From Tubiluchus corallicola (lineage: Eukaryota > Animalia > Priapulida): DNA of 64,000 bases. Shown piece after piece: positions 23,224 through 37,070 of this stretch. Numbering within the stretch: position 1 is the stretch's first letter; each line of letters begins with the position of its first letter. The stretch covers positions 186,001-250,000 of the forward strand of contig JAQGDQ010000168.1 in NCBI GenBank assembly GCA_030141605.1. The letters are read 5' to 3'. A program made the translations under genes and the position numbers. The notes under the pieces were generated by a model. It was given only the letters and a program-made list of their open reading frames with translations, did not search any database and had not been told where the DNA came from.

Positions 23224-26200
23224 TGTTCATTTTCTCTATTGCAGTTGCGGAGCACAAAGTTTAAAAGACTCACATTCGTTCAGCTTTTTTCGAATTATTT
23301 TCAAGTACTGTTGACGATACAGCGTTTTTGCAATGTAGGTGATTCGATTTGAATTGTTTTAGCGAAATTTGGCGTCGATGCTCAGAAAATATAAGTAGTA
23401 GTTACTTTTGTTACATTTTGTGTAGTTCATTTTTCAAGTAAACACGTTCTTGGTTCAAAGTATTATGACGTTGTACCAGAGCGCTAATTGCGGACACTAG
23501 TTTCTTGTTTGGAGTCCGCAACCCATGATGGCAGAACGATGCAAAATGTGATTTTATAGGTTTTTGAAGCTCACGTTTAAAGCAAAGAGTAAGTACCAGC
23601 ATTCTTCAAGGCTTCAAACAATACAGTTCTTCCCGAGGTTTTTAAAAACTTTAGTACTGTAGATTGCAATGATTGCTATCGCTCATACATAAATACACTA
23701 TATAGGTCATAACATTGAGGTCATAGATACACATGTATAAGAGTAATATTACACAAGTATCTGTTATGTAGTACTGGTCTACAGCTGCAGGTATGCAAAC
23801 GTAGCTGCACAATTTCCCAGGTAGCTGGCAAGGTCGCGCAGAGTCTCAGTCTAGCTCATGCTTTGTGCAGGAAAACTTCGTCGTGTGAGTGATTACATTT
23901 CAATTCCACGAACAGAGAGTGTAGGTGGTTATTACACGTCGCTATAATGAAGCAGTTTTATAACAACCGGTTTCTGGCAAAGCCAACCCATTTTGTCAAT
24001 TAGTGACACTCTGTTGACGCATGCGCAGCTTTCCACTGATCTTTCTAGTGATTGGCTTGACACATACTGTTGCTAGAATTTTACTTCGATCTAAAATAAG
24101 AAATGTATTCCTGTAAGCACATATTGTACGAAAAGCAGTTAAAAAGTGTTCTTTCAACGAGAAAGAGTGAGGGAGAGAGAGAGGGAGGAGAAAAAAGAGA
24201 AGGAGGCCTTGGCTATGAGTCAGCCAGCTACAACTCCATACAGGTGTAATACTGCTGCCGTGCTGGAATTCATGAGCTTGACTTAGACAACAAGTCCATT
24301 ACATTTGATAATCGTATTATTTTTATGATTCATAACAACAGCTGAATACTGTTTGGCAACATATAGAGATGCAGCGAAACTAAGCCATTAGTGAATTAAT
24401 CTGTCCGGAAAATAAATGATTTTACAGCTCTGTCAGGTGGTATATTGTTTTTAAACATCACCGAATGCCATAATTCACGTTTCGCGACTCACAAACTTAC
24501 CTAGTCGTCTTTTAGTGAGCGAACTTAACGGCTTATGAGGGATTTTTCCAAACTTCCACACCTGAGACACTTTCCAGTCTAGTCACAGTTATCCTCGATT
24601 AGATTAGATTCCAGTCAGACTAGATTAACGTGACTGATTGTCTAACTAATTGTTGACTAACTTACCTGCTAACTTGACTGATTGCCGACTAACTAATGTA
24701 TCGACTAGTATGCTGATTGCCAATTTTTTGATTGACTGTCTAATTAATAAGCGTATTGGCTGACTTATTGATTGGCTGGCTTGAGTGACTGATAAGTGAT
24801 TGGTAATGGCAGATGTGCAACATTATTATGTTATTATGACACACATTATGTTGCCTGCGTGTAAAGTATAGCTACTTTCAATTAAAACAGTTTTATTGAA
24901 AACAGCAAGTTCAACACATTTACAGTAGATACTGAAATCATCTCTATAGGTAGCACTGAATTTAAGATGTGCTAAATACGCTAAAAGTTTTTCATGTTGT
25001 GCGGTAGCCAAAGCCACCATCCCGGCAGCAGAAGAAAAGCGGTACCAGCTACCAGGTATAGCGAGAAATTAAACGATTTCTTTTACTTAAATAACCTAGT
25101 CCTAGGTAGTATAATTTGCTTCTAGGACCTATAAGCTGAAGTACGTCCAACTAAAAGTTTTGGCGGCCATCTGGGACCTAAGAAAGAAGTACACAATCAG
25201 AATTGTAGACAACTAAACAAATTAATTTCTCAGCATACAAAAGCATCGTGTAGGTCCAGAAGATTTAGCCTTACATTGAGAAACGATTGAATTAATTCAA
25301 TTCACATTTTTATTTCCGACTTAAAATTACATTTTACATTAAGACTACACATTAAAACATAAGACTAAAATTACAATAAAACAGAGCACACAACAACAAA
25401 AACACATAAAAGAGGGCAAGTTATTTACATAATTATATACAAAAGACAATGCACACGAAATTAATTCACTAAAAATGACTGTTTACTACAATAAAAAGGC
25501 ATCAGTAAATCATGCCACTTTAAAAAATGCGATTTATCGATTTATAAAACCTGTCACTCATTTTTAATGTTACAAACAATCTATTTTGAATGTCAGACAA
25601 TAATAATACGATGCCTGATACTATATGCTAGGCTTCATAAGCAATAACAAATTGCCAATAATTAGTTCCTTGTAAGAACCAAAGATATGATTCGCACTTA
25701 TGCGGCCTGCATAGTTTGTATAGGGTGTTTCAGAAGTCATTCATAAGTGACTAATCTTCATGATTTTTGTAATTTTCAATTCTTATATGCAGCAATTGAC
25801 CATCAACATTCATTTCGCGGTAAACTCTTTCTGAAGTAAAAAAAAATTAAAAGTTTTGCGCCGTTTTCTCCCTACTACCATGTAATGATCAGAAGCCGAG
25901 ACCAGCCGAGTGTGATACCATAAAAATTCTCAGCTATCATAGACTAGCAGCCAAATTGTCATTTAATTCCTCATTTGACTGATATATTTATAAATACTTT
26001 GGCTTTTTAAACATACATCCCGTATAACAATAACTTCCGCGACGCATGCTTCCTCTGTTTGTTACTGGCCATTTAGGTAATTTTCAAAACCCAAGGCTGG
26101 GTTTTATAATCCTTCTAATACTCTAGAATTAGAATTTAAATGCGAATAAATCTCTTTCTCGAAATGGCACATGCAATGCATGTAGTAAGTAATAAATTAG

Positions 26201-27102
26201 CTATCAGCATTAGCCCGTATCGTGCTTGATGTTTAGCGTTTAATATTATTAATTATCATAGTCATGATCCACAGTAGTTTACTAAAAACCAAAAAAGTAA
26301 TGCATCCTGCATACCCCTATGGTACGAATAAGTAAGTGCTTGATTTGAGTGAGTAATTAACGCATGTACTGTAACTCGTGAGTAACAGCTGCTTTTAGTA
26401 ATGAATTAAAACATGAGGGACCAGGGCAAATCCTTAGAGCAGCCAGGTAAATTAATGACTTCCAGCAATAATGTTCTATTCTATCTTGATATACAGTTAA
26501 ATAAATCTAAAAATAGATCTCAAACAGTTACCTTCAAAGCAGTCAAGATTTCCTTTAAACATCTCTTTTAATGTCGCCACACATATTTCGTATGATTATC
26601 ACAAGCATTTCGAAAACGCGCTTTCTCGTAGTTCTACCTTCAAAACTCTGCCGAATAGTATCGATTACATGGTTTAGTATCAGGTTATTCAAAGCGGAAA
26701 CGGCGTGACTTAATATAGTTTACCCAATAATATACTTTACAAATTGGCATACGAGGTGCATACCAAGTACTCAGTCTAGAACCTAATTCTTGATTTAGTG
26801 TTCAGTTAATAAGCTAGCAATTATTTCTGTTAAAGGAGAGGATGCCGAGTTTTCTATTTTGACTGTTATTGCTCGTTTTCAAGAGCCTTAGAACTGTGAT
26901 TACTCTAAGCAGTGGTTGACTCATTGAACCATATTAACTGTACGCTACGTCAGCCTAAACATCCGCCTGTACTATACAGGATACATCAAGAAAGGCTACT
27001 GCTACCAATAATAGTGTAGATCAAATATGGAGTGGTTAGCACAACGGTGAATATGAGCAATTTAAGTTTGACCAAAAAACCATGATGTTCTACTATTGGC
27101 TA

Positions 27103-27560
27103 TAGATTAGATTAGATTAGATTAGATTAGAATGGTTTATTTCAGCATAAAAGTCGTACCAAAAACATAAAAACATTACATCACGTTACGATAAAATAAT
27201 AAAATAAAAGTTACATTAAAAATACTATTATATAATATACATTCAGTAAAAAAGCATTTCCAGCTATCAGGTTTGACAAGCAGACTGTTATTACACATCT
27301 TAAAATAACAAGAATGTATGATTCGTACGGAGTTTACAACAGCTAGTAGATGTTTATTGTTCAAAAGTTTTAGTAATCGTTTTCTTATTCTGTAACACGC
27401 GCTAACCCTGCAATGTTGAATTTGCACACATCCCAAAAGCACTACAATCATAATTATGGTAATTTAAACAGCTTCCTGATAGCATTGTTATATGCAACGC
27501 GTATTTTGTTAAAGGATGTACCGTCAAATTTCGTCCTTAATGATATACAATAAATATAGA
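27103..27560 (-). mobile_element. 5'-truncated non-LTR retrotransposon 3' end with (CTAAT)n tail
   Basis: The minus strand reads like a decayed ORF2 C-terminus (FNKIRVAYNNAIRKLF-like), followed by a 3' UTR, GCTGAAATAAA and a pentanucleotide tail seen on the plus strand as (attag)n at ~27105-27130. Confidence 0.65.
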
Positions 27561-28519
27561 AAAATATGCCCCATGATGTCATTTCTCTTTCAACCTACGA
27601 CTCCACGTGTCCCCTAAACTCCTTTCAGTGGTTTACCAAGCTTTCTGTTACAACCTAAGAATTTCTGTTAAGAATTTCCTTTCACGATTTTGCCCCAGTG
27701 ATTATGGTTGCAATGAGGTCGCTCATACCATTTTGGTCGCCCTTTCTATAATCACTTATTGAGTCGATTGAGCTTGTGACCCTTTTTCGTGAAATCAATC
27801 TCAGGCTAGTTGACGTTACTACTCTGACCAACTTTCCCCAATTCCAAGTTTGACTGCTGCGAAGCCAATTGTGTTTGATTGATACAAAGTGACACGAACT
27901 TCACGCGCCATTGATTTAACAATCCGGCTGATATTAATGCAAAATTACGGCCATCCGAACACGACATTACAATTTACATGAGTAATGTGGAACGAAATAC
28001 CCGCGATGGTATTAATATATTTCAACCAACGTGAGAGGCTTAATAACAATAACACGGAAAATGTGTTATCAGAACCTGGGGATTGTCATCAGCTTAATGT
28101 GGGTTCTGACCTACTGCATCTGTATAACAACCGTGACTTCTTGCGTTATAAGCAAGCCAAAATCTAATTAATGTTTGTTGCCTATTTGCCTCTTTGGCTC
28201 TCGTAATGATAGGCATAACTATGGCGAACCTGAGAATTATTGTCTGAAAAAAGATAAGGCCTCTTTTTATGCAGTACAATACTTTGCAAGCCAAAATCTG
28301 GTGCTCAGCCGTAGAGCCTGCCTATCACAGTTGGTCATGGCAGGGCGAAACCTGTAGTCATTGTTAAAGATAATCATCAATTAAAATGGCGAAAGTGTCT
28401 TGTTCATATTTGGGTAGGACACATACTCCCTTAACATGGTTGGCAGCAGAATGACAGATAAAATCACCCCCAAACCGTTAGTCATCCATCCATTTACTGA
28501 CGATGCTTAATTAATTTAG

Positions 28520-30600
28520 CTTATCTGTTTATTTCAGCTAAAAGTCATATACAAATGTATACACACATGCAATAAAATTTAAGCTATAGTACACAGAGTT
28601 AAAAATCTATAACTAAAAAAAATCACATGAAGTTAGATATTAGGGTAAAAAATTATATACAAAGTAAAAGTTATCATAAGCGCAGCGGTTATATAATTGA
28701 ACTTGATAAAAGTAACTGCGACCAGTGCAACACGAGGTTTGACCTATATCATAAGTCAGATACATTAATAAAACCACTAATATTGAAATTATCACTTTTT
28801 CGTTGATTCTTGACCAAATACTATATGCAGCTTTTCTTCTTACAACAGCAAAATTTGGAATACGGTTCATTGCACACATATACAAAGCTCTAGTGCCATA
28901 TTCATAATTAAAAAATTCTAATAGTAGTATTATACGCAGATCTGAGTTTACGAATATTGTAGAAATTAAATTTCACCCATAAGACTAGGACAGCAGAACT
29001 GAGTACAATATGGTCGGAACAATGCTTCTTTAACATTTGCAGAACAGTTAAAAAATCCTAATAATACATCTAGCTCTTATGTAAAATAATATTAACTGAT
29101 TCAGTGTATCAGTATCATCACTTAGGTTATCACTTAAGTAGTGGCCAAGGTACTTTTTATTATGGTTAACTCCAACTTCTTTGCCAAACAGAAAAACTCT
29201 ACCAGGGTCAGCATATAAAAAGCATATACATTTCATCTTTTTTTACATTGAAATCCATATCATTTTCATCAGCATATTTTTCACATACGGCAAGGAGTTT
29301 TTGCAGAGCTTGGACAGAAGGAGTTACGAGGCATAGATCGTCTGCATACATTAATGATTAGTTGCATTTTCACCAATGCAACAAGTTGCATTTTTTCACT
29401 CGATTGATATTTTAAGAGGTCATCAATATAGGTTATGAATAACAAACGAGAAAGAATTCCATTTTGTCTAAGGCCGTTAAACACAGAAAAATTATCAGAG
29501 TAAGTTTTGCTCCAGAGGACACATACCCGTTGTGAAGTATACCAACATTTCAGCATAGACAACATTGAAACTGGAAGTCGAAGAGCAGTGAATTTCTTAG
29601 AAGGACTGGCGTCAACTAAACACATAAATATAGGACTTTTGAATCCAAACCGATTTTCTGTAGACACTAGTAAGTTTTCACATCTAAGTAAAAAGACCCG
29701 GCTCTGGTATATTACTAAACACTGTAGCTACGAAAAATTACATGTTCAGTGGCAATTCTACCAAGCTCCTATGTCTTATGTCTTTCAAGAGATCTAATAG
29801 AGCTTATAATTTCTGATACATTAACACACATAGGTTCGTCACCAGCTGGAATAGCTACCTGTTCACAATCTATATTTAACCCCCTTCTGTTTGGCACAGA
29901 ACTCAATAATTGCTCGTATTGCCGCTTTTAGAGTTTCCACATACTTTCTTCACCATGCGCATCACCAATTTTGTCAGGGACCGGAATATTATTATTACAA
30001 TGAGTTTTAATTTTTCTCCAAAACTTATCAGGTATCTCATTAAATAAGCTATGAGCAAAAGTATCGCCACCTATAAACAATTCTTGTGCGTGGGCATTCC
30101 TGAGGGCAAGCTTAAAATTAGATGGAAATACTTTCGTTGGAAGTCAGATCTAGCAGAGTTCATATTTATCACGCATGTAATTATTCCAATCAGGTACCGG
30201 TCTAAAATTATTAGAGTTGCGCTGGTGGCTGGCTTTTTTTACAGGCATAGCTCTACTGCAAGCAGATACGAGTTGGAAGTAACATCATTTGAAAATCTAG
30301 TCAACAAATTAATATGGCTTTCTCGAGCTTCACATTTACTGTTACATATGACAGTTTCAACAGGAATCGTAATATTCTCACACAGACTATCAGTAAGTTC
30401 ATTGTATAACCGAAGTATTTAAGTATTAATATTGCTTTACATTAATCACTAAGCATTCACAGTAACAACTTAGCTATTTCTCTCGCTCAAGTCCGGGTAC
30501 GTACATTTAAATGCAAGTAGTCCCTAATGCTATGTGATAACTTCTGAAAGTTCCCTAACAAACAATTAAATCCATATAAAACCACGTATCAATCATAAAT
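28520..30600 (-). mobile_element. Decayed LINE (CR1/L2-group-like reverse transcriptase), frameshifted
   Basis: RT motifs in broken frames: IFMCLVDAS, FSVFNGLRQNGILSRLLFITYIDDL, a YADD-equivalent region and KYLGHYLSDNLSDDTD. The 3' end tttatttcagctaaaagtc at ~28528 resembles that of the copy at ~27136. Confidence 0.85.
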
Positions 30601-30804
30601 ACCACTTAACAATTGGATCCACGAAAAAAGCTTTAAAAGTTTATGAAAACTGCTAGTGCAAGCCATGTCTATAAAGGATGTTACAAAAAACATATCACAA
30701 TGGTTTTACCGGTTTGTCTTTTTCTCTGTTCGGTTAATCTTCCATCTTTACGTTATTTATTTTATTTTACGTTATACAATTATGTGAATAAAAATTCCTG
30801 TACG

Positions 30805-30900
30805 TGATGATGATGTTGATGATAATGACAACGAAGACGATGATGACGACGACGATGACCATAATGACGACGATGACGACGACGATGATGATGATGATGA
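30805..30900. repeat. Imperfect (GAT/GAC)n microsatellite
   Basis: Directly visible. Confidence 0.9.
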
Positions 30901-32364
30901 CCGTAGGTAATAAAGCGAATCGAATGAAACATTCATTTAAATCACAAAATCTTCTACTGAACGTTGCAGCTAAAGAACAAGCAGAGTTCAATCAAGCTAA
31001 TAAATTTAGCTCTGATAAATTTAGAGTAGGCCTATCAGTATCTTGAGCAGCAGCCTATGAATTCCCGTTGTTGTATGACTGAAATTACGCGTACCTTATG
31101 TATATATATATGTATGTATGTATCACTCACATAAAGCTATATCTATGAAGATTCTAAATAGTTTTATGATATTTCTACTTCAATAATTGCGTAGAAATTT
31201 CACAAATGGAAGCTGTTAAAAATTGCATGCAAGTCTAACCCTTACTTTGAATAGTCTAAGATTCTAGACCATCATTTGGCTCTATTTTAAATGTAGTTTT
31301 TGCGGTCATAGTTTCAGCAAACTTGCGACCTAAGCTTTAATAGCATAGCGAATATTAAACTGTTGCCAGTTAACACTCATTCTCGTGCATTTAAAGATCA
31401 TTACTAGTATTTATATAGTTAAAACAAACGAATTACCTGCGTCAGAAGACGTCTTCTTGCCGAATCCTATAGCTGCATCGCTAGCTACGCTTGCAGGTAA
31501 TCACATTAATTTAATATTGCTCACATGAAACATAACAAACATATCTGGCGCTGTGCGCATGCGTTACTCATAATTCATTGGAAATTTTGACTCTAATCAA
31601 AGCTGCGACATCTTAACATGTAAACATTGTGTGTCTTTCGCAGCACGACACGGACTTTGCGCAGCGCATAAACACATAAATTCAGAGAAAAAATGCTATA
31701 ATAGGAACAAAAATTACATAATTTGCATGTGCGAGGCTTCAGCTAATTGCGTTGTGCTTTTGAGATGAGATTTTTGATGCTGCATCCATAAAAGTGCCAC
31801 TTTACTTCCCGATATGATACAATAATAATCCAGCAGCTAACGTGAGTTGCATGAAATAAGCATTCTAAAGTAAATAAATGCAAGCTGTTCTAGAAGGTTC
31901 CCAGTTACATATCAGACTTTCTTAAACTGTAAGTTCATTTATAGAATATAAGGCTCTAGTTTGAATCTTCAAGTGTCTCGCACTGGACCGCAACATGGAC
32001 ACTTTCGAATACTTTGCCACTACTAATACTTTCAACAGATCAGTCCTTAGATTAGTACAACAACAACAACAACTAGAACCCCCCCCCCCCACTCAGCACC
32101 GCTACATCACCAGCACTACCAGCACCAGAATCACATCATCAGTTCCACCAAACCACCAGTATCACCACCACCTCCACAACCACCAGTACCATCATTATTA
32201 TCATTTGCATATGCAACATTGTGTTTGTATGTTTATTTGTTAGCTTGCTTCCAGTTTGTAATGTTCTAGTATAATCAAGACAAGACATTTTGTTGCACAT
32301 GTGGTTATTGGTTAAATGAACGCAGTAAATTAACATAAATATTTTTGTAGTAATGACTTCGATA

Positions 32365-33699
32365 TTAGTGATAGTGCCGTTTCCGAGGAGTGCGCCCACG
32401 CCTGTTCCTGTGGTAACGCTTATATTCTGCATCTGCGGCGAAGCGACCTTTTGTATCAAGATTTCCTTTGTCATCATGAATGGCAGCAGCACCATAGCTG
32501 ATGTGTTTGTCCTCGCCCCCTAAGTTGTCAAAGAACTGGTCGAAAAAGTAGTCACCTGAAAATAAAATAAAATGTTTTTGTGTCAATAAGAACAACGACA
32601 GCGACAGCAACAGCAAAGCAGCAACAGCAGCTGCAGTAATGATAATAATAGATAGATTACAAAAATACCAGTTTAGGACTGTACAACAGTGTTACCAAAA
32701 AAGAAAAAAATAGAAAAAGAATGTAAACAGGAAAAAAAGCTATTCAATGCATTAGTATTGTCACTGCTTATGACAATTGCGGCTCATTGCTTATGAACAA
32801 AGCGGCTGTAGGATGTGAATTGTGTGACTTGCTTGAGTCGTGATCTAACCTTCATGTGGTATTCGTGGCCTTCATGTAGGTTCAGAAGTGGTGCTGACAA
32901 GCCACTCGCGTAGTAGTGTCTAGTTTTTTTACTACTGTTTAACTGCTGTGTTTACCTGTCTTGAGGGCAGTTTTCTTTTATTTTCGAAGTCTAGCTACCC
33001 AATGTCTGCAATAGACGTAATGGGCATATGATGATGACCTTCATCTTGTATCTTCATAGTGGTAGTCGATTCCTTAGCATACCAAGATTAATAATTAGAG
33101 CAAAACGTGGCATTTGTTTGTTCTATTTCGAGCTTACATTAAACATATTTGAAACTAGTTTGAAAAGAGATTCACAATATGAAAAACCTGCTACTGTGAC
33201 AGACCTTCTCCCTTGTTGAACTTGAAATTTCCACTTCCTTCGCTGAAAGCTATCTCCCCTTTCCGGAATATGAACTTCTTCCCGCCATTTTGTTCTTCCT
33301 GACCTTTTGAATCATAACCTCCTTTGTGGTCATATTGTTCGGCGCTGTATTTATCCTGAAAGTAAAATTACATTCAGGATCTGATTAAATAAACTACCAA
33401 CCATCCAAATTCAAGAGCAGGTTAGCATTATGAGACAGAGGGTGCTACTATTATTAAAATGTCATTGTCAAGCAGGAAGCTCATAGCTACAAAAGTAGAT
33501 GCACCACTGTCGTATAAAGCCAATTTCATTAATGGGCAAAAACATCACAATAATGTTTTATGTACACAATAACTATACATACATCATGTTGCCCCCAGCC
33601 TAGAAGCCGGGCCATTGTTAACGGCGTGATGTCACTATATCCGGCAGATGTCACTCTTGCCAACTGCAATTTCAGAAAAAAGATCTTTACGGCTGTATT

Positions 33700-33776
<77 letters not shown>

Positions 33777-33784
33777 CCACCACC

Positions 33785-33839
<55 letters not shown>

Positions 33840-34223
33840 CCACTTTTGAACTCATCGCTACCTGCACTTGCCTGCATTTAATAAAGTTTCTAACCTAATA
33901 CTCATCGAAAACATTTTGGTTAATCTTGGTAACAATCGCAAATAAACTGCACACTTTCAAATTGAGGAATGGTGCGAAGAATATTTCTGTTTTCCTTAAT
34001 TTAAAAATACAAAAATAAAAAAATAAACATGTCGATTTTTTAAGCAAAGACTATACGCGTACGAATATGCATTAGAATTAAAGATAATAAAAAATCGTAT
34101 AATACATTGTATAATAGCAATACTTACTCAGCAGCTAAAACTTTAATAATGAAAAATATATTAAAATCACATTTAACTCACAGAATAGACAAACATTAGT
34201 GCTGCTAAAACCAATACTTTCAT
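32365..34223 (-). CDS. Small secreted protein of unknown family (signal peptide; Gly/Asp/Tyr/Phe-rich core; Arg/His-rich C-tail); 4 exons, 154 aa
   Basis: Exons 34182-34223 (MKVLVLAALMFVYS), 33583-33663 (LARVTSAGYSDITPLTMARLLGWGQHD), 33205-33355 (DKYSAEQYDHKGGYDSKGQEEQNGGKKFIFRKGEIAFSEGSGNFKFNKGE) and 32365-32555 (GDYFFDQFFDNLGG...YKRYHRNRRGRTPRKRHYH*). All are GT-AG with intron phases 0, 0, 1, totalling 465 nt. Confidence 0.8.
33701..33843. repeat. Compound (CAT)n(CAC)n(CAT)n microsatellite in intron 1 of the secreted-protein gene
   Basis: Directly visible. Confidence 0.95.
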
Positions 34224-34373
34224 TTTTCTGCTGATTTTTGTCGTAACTCTGGTATTTCGCTCTGTTCGCACTAAAATACTTCATTTACTTCCTTCTTCAG
34301 CTCACGACAATGCTTTCTTGTCTTTCTGACCCAAAACTTCTGGTAAAAGTTGTGCCACGAGATACGTGACTAG

Positions 34374-34380
34374 TTTATAG
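34374..34380 (-). promoter_or_regulatory. TATA box of the 154-aa secreted-protein gene
   Basis: Reverse-strand CTATAAA about 150 nt upstream of the ATG at 34223, which would place the TSS near 34345. Confidence 0.5.
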
Positions 34381-35577
34381 TTAGAAAGGCTTAGTGAGAT
34401 CTACTGCAACTGCTTTACCGGCCTGGCCATAAGATAAGACAGAAGAGGCAACTGTTTAATGCAAATAATCTGCAAAAGTCCATGTTTTTGTCTTTCTCAC
34501 ATATTGTATTTATTTACCTGTTTATCCATTCGAGCATCGTCGTAAATATCATTAAGCTCAGCGTATTAGCATTAGCTGTAGGTATGGGTGTAGGGCAGTA
34601 GGTAAGATGGTTCATGTTGGTTAATTACGATATGAGTTTGCTTAGAAGCTATTTTAAGGAAGCGTTGTTTCGCATTTCTACTTAACAGTTTTCTAAATTA
34701 GACAGGTTTGACCGTAATAAGAATGTTGGCGAATGGTTGGCGTCTATGGCGAAAGTTGTAAAAATTAGTAGCCTACAGCTTTTACAGCTTTTGTACTTTA
34801 ATATTTTAGAGACTGTTTTCATTTTCTGCTAACATATGGCAGTTAATTTGAGCTGAGCTATACATGTACACATAAATGTTAATTTAATTAAAAGAAATGT
34901 CACGCGTTTAAAAAAGACAACAACATTACGGCTGTTTATAGGTTACATCGCAAGCGAGTAATAAAGACATGAAATAAATAAAAATAGAATTTTGTCACAT
35001 TTTCTATTCTGTTCCATATTTTTGTGGATCTATTTTACGAATGCTGCCTGGTTGGCACTCGTAACTTGCTTCCTAATTTATAATTTTGACTAAGTAGTTA
35101 ACTTCACGATCTACCGACCTGTCGTTACTATTGGTGGCCTACCAGGAAATGCTGCTCAGTGGACCCGGTCCTAGGGAATTTTCTGTAGAACATGCATTGC
35201 AAATATTTTCATAAAAATCTAGACTTTGTTCTTATTCACTCTTATTATAAGTATTATTTTTAATATTTGCACTATCACGCATTAACATAAATAATAAACT
35301 ATGTTAAACAGATGCTTTAAGCATTTATTTTACATATATGGAAGCTTATTTTATTTCTATTGAATATATTTTTGATTAGTGTGGGCCAGTTTGGATTCTT
35401 GAATGTACCTTTTTACAAGTTTTTAAGTGGAAATTTTTACCCATTTCGATGCTGCTTTCCTGATTTTTAATAGTGATCTTATGGTCGTTGTACATTGTTA
35501 GATAAAACTAGTTCTACGAGTCAGAGTTGTAGATGAGTTGACTGGTTAGATATGTAGGCCATTGTTGGTGAAAGATT

Positions 35578-35845
35578 GTTAGCGTGCTCAATGGTAGCAA
35601 TGAGGTAGTTTTGGGTAGAATGTGTCTTCCCACAAAGAGGGTCGCCGGTTCAATTCCCGACCCAGTAATGCAAAAACTTAAAAAATTGTACCTCTAGTAT
35701 TTCGACCAAGCACGCGGGTTTATCGAAGTTATATGCAGGCAATAATAATCGGGACCACCTTGAAAATAGATATCAAATTACTTAAGGTGTTATATTTGGT
35801 ATACGTCCTAAACGAAATTATCATTATTATATTATTATTATTATT
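35578..35845 (+). mobile_element. tRNA-derived SINE-like element
   Basis: A-box-like gctcaatggtag (~35586) and B-box GGTTCAATTCC (35647-35657), followed by a non-tRNA body and an (ATT)n tail at ~35817-35845. No complete cloverleaf is evident. Confidence 0.6.
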
Positions 35846-37070
35846 TAAACTATTATTGATAAAATATTGTTATTGTAGACTAATGTTGTTAAAAGTCTTT
35901 TATGAGTAGACTATTGTTGATGAATATTATTATGTAGATTGTTCATCATGAAAGTGATGAGATACCACTGAAACTGTTCTCAAAACTAAGTACAGCGCCT
36001 TCTCTTAATTTTTTCAATATTCGCATCTACTGGAATGAAAAGAAAACAACGTTAACTAGTTTTACATATAAAACTTTGTATTAATTTTATTGTCATTTAA
36101 TTACACAGACATTGAGCACCAAGTTGATGAAGAACTCTTACATTGATACAACGTTTATGGCTGAGTGACCCAGTCATTACAAAACCATACTAAGTAATGG
36201 AAATTTCCACAAAAGTGTTACTTTCATAACCATTTTGATGTCATCAAAGTTGTTACAATTGGGTTGGTGATTTGTATTACATATTATTGCATGACACCAA
36301 CTATTACCATTTCTATAATTCTATAAGGTTATTAGGTCTGGGAGGGAAAGATTTTGATAATGGTAATTACTGCACTGTACTAAGGTTATTTTGTAAAACG
36401 TGAAGTATTGCATTCACAGATTGTCAATTGTCATAACAAGGAGCGTGGTAATAAGTAAGGCGGATTTTTTATTGCCCTTGGAATGATAGTTGTAAAAATC
36501 TCCGCTAGGTGGAGCGAATAAATCTGAATTAAGTTACTCATTATAATTACTATTATAATAACTAATCTATATTCCAATACACGTTACAGATATACAGGAC
36601 AAGGCACAAATAAGATAAAATCTTTAAGAACTATTTTTACACTATCTTACAAAGACGTCATCCGTACAACAGTAGACATTATACATGTGGATAGAACTGA
36701 ATTGAAAGAAACCACTTACAAAGAGGCCACCCTTTTTGTTGGACTGCTATAAATACCTACTGCATTCTGTGGTATTAAAAACCAATTAAAGATACTGCTT
36801 GCCAAAGCTTTTACTATAGCTCTAAATTGTTTCATGTACTGAAAACATGTTCAGTTGTTTCCCTCTTGAAGAAGTAAACTTTTAGAGTAATTTTTTAGAC
36901 TTTATCATAATTTTAATTATAAAACATTTAAAAATTTAAGAAGTCAGACAGGGGTTCAATTCAATTTGAAGACACAGAAGCCTAAGCTTTTGTGTAGATT
37001 TGTCAGCACAACATTTTGTTATCAAGTTGACGCCAGTAGTCAATGGCTAAGCTTCATCAGATGGCCGTGT

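Noticed and set aside
34128-34134. Apparent 7-nt microexon (ttttag|CTGCTGA|gtaagt) in the secreted gene
   Set aside because: It would need a 47-nt intron and shifts exon 2 into a stop codon; direct phase-0 splicing gives a clean signal peptide.
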